The position numbers and the translations under genes were made by a program. A DNA stretch of 63,221 nt, filler included, from Craspedostauros australis (lineage: Eukaryota), in assembly GCA_030167865.1 (NCBI GenBank). It is 10 parts of 10 records of this genome, joined end to end, with 100 filler letters (N's around TTAATTAATTAA, not from the genome) between each part and the next. Parts side by side here need not be neighbours in the genome. Positions count along the whole stretch, not along the records: positions 56,039 to 63,221 come from JALAGF010006727.1; 9 more parts are not named here. The stretch is one strand, 5' to 3'. The notes under the pieces are model-generated. The model saw only the letters and a program-made list of their open reading frames with translations. It was not told the DNA's origin and searched no databases. Below are positions 59,087 to 63,221 of this stretch, in pieces (position 1 is the stretch's first letter; the number at the start of each line of letters is the position of its first letter).

Positions 59087-61355
59087 GAGGAAATTCATTA
59101 ACCAGCCCTTTTGAAGTGCCGATTTGCATCAACCAGCCTGTTTTTGCAACACTTAGTGGCACAAAACGTCCAATTGTCCATGCGACATCCCACCGACACA
59201 GGGATTTCGCATCGACTGGCATGGTTAGTGCATAAATATAGACTACCTGTACCACACAGGAAAACTTCAAGCCACATCATATTGTACATGTTTATCATCA
59301 GCTTCATATTGCCAGTGTAGTCCAAACGAATGTACACCATCCAATGAGGGAAATACGTGACTACTTTAGTTGTAGATATGTACATCATCCATCTGTTTGC
59401 TCCAATTTCTTGCGTTGTGGATCGTATTCTGACGACATCTTCATTGCAAGGGCAAATATAGTACAGTTTAACAAATTTAGCGCATCGAAGGCATTCCAAT
59501 GGGTATACAAATAGCTTGTGAGTGACTGGATTCATCTAGAAGGTGTTTCGGATTGTATGCGGCCAAATCACGGGATACCGCACGGTGGCTGTGTGCGGTG
59601 TGCATGGTGTTGACCAAACCTTCGTATGAAAGATTCAACATATACCATTCCACCAATGCCATCATAGCAACGGCGCTTCTATGGGTATGGGGTGGCTTGC
59701 GAAGATCTGGGTCTTTCTGGAAGGAGTGCTGGCACCCAAATCTATGAATCTGGTGATACTGTGCGGTACGCATGGCGTTGTACTGTACTCCGCACATCTA
59801 TGCATTCAGCAGGCCGTTTTGAGAGGTTCAACCAACCTCACTACTCCAATCATACTGCATAGAGTACGGACATGAATTTTGAAGTATTTGATCCATCAGG
59901 AACGGATCCAATTCTATGGATGCAGATATCACGCAGTAGTGATTGGTACGCATCGCACTGTACATTAATTTGGATGTTTGTACACAGGAACTGGCAACTG
60001 TATTCCAATCCAACGCTCCGACTACTCCAATCATACGCCAAAGAGTATGAAAATGAAGTTTGAAGTTCTTCATCCGTTTGGAAGGGATCGCAATCTATGG
60101 ATGCTGATATCACACTGTACTAAACAGTCCGCGTCACGCTGTATAGCGTTCTGAGAATACGTGCATATCAAGTGTTGGCCATATTGTAATCGAATGCTTG
60201 GATGACTCCGATCACACTCTAATGGGTGCGGCCATGAAGTTAAGTATTGAATCCATCTGGAAGCAATCCAAAGCTGGGGATATGGATATCTGGTGACGCT
60301 GTTTGGGAGGGGGCTCTACGATGCGCATTGCGCTGTGCAGCCTTCTGCGGATATATTCATTCAGCCAGCTGGCTTGAGAGATCCGACCAACCGCGTTGCG
60401 TCAAGTAGACTCCGAAGGCTGCGGCCATCAAGGTTGAAGTCCCATATCTGTTTGGAAGGGGTCCATTTCTACGGATGCTGAAGTGGAGTGTCACTGAGCG
60501 GCGTCATGACATGTGGATCACCTGGGCGCATACCGATACGTCTTCCTGGAAGATTCACGGCTTCAAACTCCATGTCCGTGCTCTGTGGAATGCGTTCGGA
60601 TTAACCAAAGCGTTGGATTGGAATATGACCGCCAATGTCTATGCACATATTCTCAGAACGCTGCACAGCATGACGCGTACTGTTCAGAACTGCGTGATAT
60701 CAGCATCCGTAGAATTGGATCCCTTCCTGACGGATCAAGGACTTCAAACTTCATGTCCTTACTCTTTGGAGTGTTCTTGGAGTGATGTGGCTGATCGGAT
60801 CTCTCAAAATGACCTGCCGAATGCATAGATATGCAGAAGACTGTACAGCACGATGCGCACCACCCAGTATCATGCGATTCACAGATTTGGATACCAGCAT
60901 CTCTTCCAGATGGATTTAGATGCCCGCATGCTAATGATATACCCATTGAAATGCTCTCCATGCTCTTATCTTGTTAGAATGTAATATTGTTGTCCTTTCC
61001 ATAGAACATGTCATCAGAATACGATCCACAGCACAAGGAATTGGAGCAAACAGATGGATGATGTACACATCTACAACTAAGGTAGCCATTTGTTCCTTTT
61101 ACTAGATGCATTAAATTTTAGTGGACTATTTGATTGCATTCTATGGCGATTATGCTAAACATGTATGATGTGGCTTATACTTTTCGTGTGTAGTGCAGGT
61201 AGTCTACATTTATACCTAAACTTGCGAGTCGATGTGAGATTTTTTGTCCACGGGACGTCGCATGGACATTTGGACGTTTTGGGTCGCTAAGAAACACAAA
61301 ACAGGCTGGTTGATGCAAATCGGCACTTCAAAAGGGCTGGTTAATGAATTTCCTC
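59087..61355. mobile_element. Non-autonomous Mutator-like (MULE)/foldback DNA transposon, 2269 bp
   Basis: Perfect ~58-bp terminal IR starting GAGGAAATTCATTAACCAGCCC, with imperfect IR continuing far inward. 9-bp TSD CACATTTTT at 59078-59086 and 61356-61364. No transposase ORF. Confidence 0.92.
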
Positions 61356-61594
61356 CACATTTTTTGGATTCTTCGTGTTGTTGCGTGTAAACTTGTGCAC
61401 ACAGCGATTTTGCATTGAGACGCACCTCCTCCGTTCTTTTTTACACAATAACAGCAATCAACACTGACTCTACTCTGCATTATATTGTCTTTTTCTACTG
61501 TTATGATACTGTTGTGCTACTGTTNNNNNNNNNNNNNNNNNNNNNNNNNNNNNNNNNNNNNNNNNNNNNNNNNNTACATAATTCGTATTGCATA

Positions 61595-63221
61595 TCATCG
61601 TTTCCGCTTCCTTCCATGCAGACCGTGAGTTATGACCTCTGTATCTCTGCTCTGGATCTTGGCTTCGGCGGCTGCCTTGTGCACAGCTTGTATTGCTGCT
61701 TCCAGATTCAGGACAGGCACCCTTGAGCTAATTCTTGTGGCTGTGTTTGTTTGATTTGCCTTGGCAGTGGTGGTTTCACCGTCAGCATTGTCATTGCTTT
61801 CGTTGCTCATCTCTCTTGCTATCTCTGTTNNNNNNNNNNNNNNNNNNNNNNNNNNNNNNNNNNNNNNNNNNNNNNNNNNNNNNNNNNNNNNNNNNNNNNN
61901 NNNNNNNNNNNNNNNNNNNNNNNNNNNNNNNNNCATTCGACAGGCTCCTTGTGCACAATTCGATGACATAAGTTGTGAACAATGATTGCGTCCGCTCCTT
62001 TTGCGATGTTTCTTAATGTCATGGTTAGGGCAATGCCACATGCCATGAGCCACTCCTGTTTGTCAGCTTTGATGTATCAGCAAGCATACAAGTTGCATCC
62101 TGGACAGATCCAGTGTCTACACACTGAACAGGCAACACAGGTTCCCCTCACGTCTGGACAGTACCTTGCTGCATGCTCACCCTGCNNNNNNNNNNNNNNN
62201 NNNNNNNNNNNNNNNNNNNNNNNNNNNNNNNNNNNNNNNNNNNNNNNNNNNNNNNNNNNNNNNNNNNNNNNNNNNNNNNNNNNNNNNNNNNNNNNNNNNN
62301 NNNNNNNNNNNNNNNNNNNNNNNNNNNNNNNNNNNNNNNNNNNNNNNNNNNNNNNNNNNNCTCCCTTTTGTTTCTTGCCCTTTCTTTCGTCTGCAGCCAT
62401 GACTGCGAGCAACTTGCGCAACCGAGCAATGATTCATCCCATCACCTTATTCAGGCTTCATTCATGATTTACTCTGCTGGGATAATGTTCGATGGTGCCA
62501 GTGTGGCCTGCTTCAATTTCATGATCGGAGTGTGCCTCTGTTGCATAGTGAATCAATCAATGCAGTGCCACAAACATGGTTTGTAGCTGTCAACCGACTG
62601 CTATGCAATGGATTGTTGCAATGAGTGGGGANNNNNNNNNNNNNNNNNNNNNNNNNNNNNNNNNNNNNNNNNNNNNNNNNNNNNNNTTCCATACAGCACA
62701 GTTCAGGGGAGGAACGTCTTCACTGGAGGTACTGGGAAAGCAAGAATGTTGTGGTGGGTTTGTCAAATCTTCTTGTGATGGAATACATCATCCCCTGTGA
62801 TGTTCCGCAGGTTCTTGCTTGCCCTGCAGATCTTGTTCGTCTTTGGGTTCAGCTTGAGAAACTCTGTATGGAGCGTCTTGGATGATTGCTGATCTGCCTC
62901 TGGAATTTCAGGGAAGGCAAACGCCAAGAGCAAACGGGATGCATCTTCAGGAACGTTCTCAGAATGATGCAAGAGGCCAAGGGAAAACCTCGTTCCTACA
63001 AGGCACAGGATGTTTCCCTTTTTGTCTCCTGTCACCCAATCGAGCGTTCATGTAAGTCAGTGGTTGTGGAAAAGGGATCCACAGTTGTGTGAGAAGACAG
63101 ATGAGGTTGGTACGGAACAAGGTGAAGCCATTCGGATATGGAGAACCTGTGTTGCATTTGCCACAAGGCGCACTTACCGATCACAATCAGAGCTCCTCTC
63201 ACACCATAGACACATATGCAT
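61595..63221 (-). pseudogene. Degenerate gene with a C-terminal Cys cluster, possibly a piggyBac/IS4-like transposase relic
   Basis: GTCVACSVCRHWICPGCNLYAC...GMWHC near the 3' end. The upstream frame is broken by stops and gaps, and no catalytic motif is confidently seen. Confidence 0.35.

Overview
Eukaryotic, repeat-dense, heterochromatin-like DNA, most likely from a diatom or related stramenopile (inferred from CoDi-type Ty1/copia elements and a diatom-style BTB tail). The window is not one contig: nine artificial N-TTAATTAATTAA-N linkers join ten pieces, and there are many internal N gaps, so adjacency across linkers is unreliable. Most of it is nested Ty1/copia LTR retrotransposons of at least three lineages with two recurring LTR families, plus piggyBac-like transposase relics, a 2269-bp MULE/foldback element with a 9-bp TSD and a large P-loop NTPase ORF. 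A ~19-kb tandem array of a ~7.5-7.9-kb unit carries one ankyrin gene per unit, and a fourth paralog lies in another piece. Two things stand out. (1) A family of Cys-rich ankyrin genes with 5, 5, 8 and ~15-20 repeats of 102 bp. The framework is near-invariant, variation is concentrated at DARPin-type binding positions, and the genes were ancestrally fused to a BTB domain that is now cut off by a shared stop. This looks like a diversifying recognition-receptor family. (2) A tRNA-like Pol III cassette (upstream TATA, A box, B box, TTTT) inside the putative 5' LTR of a CoDi-type copia element, analogous to the 5S domain of Cassandra elements. All calls are by eye; no database searches were run.
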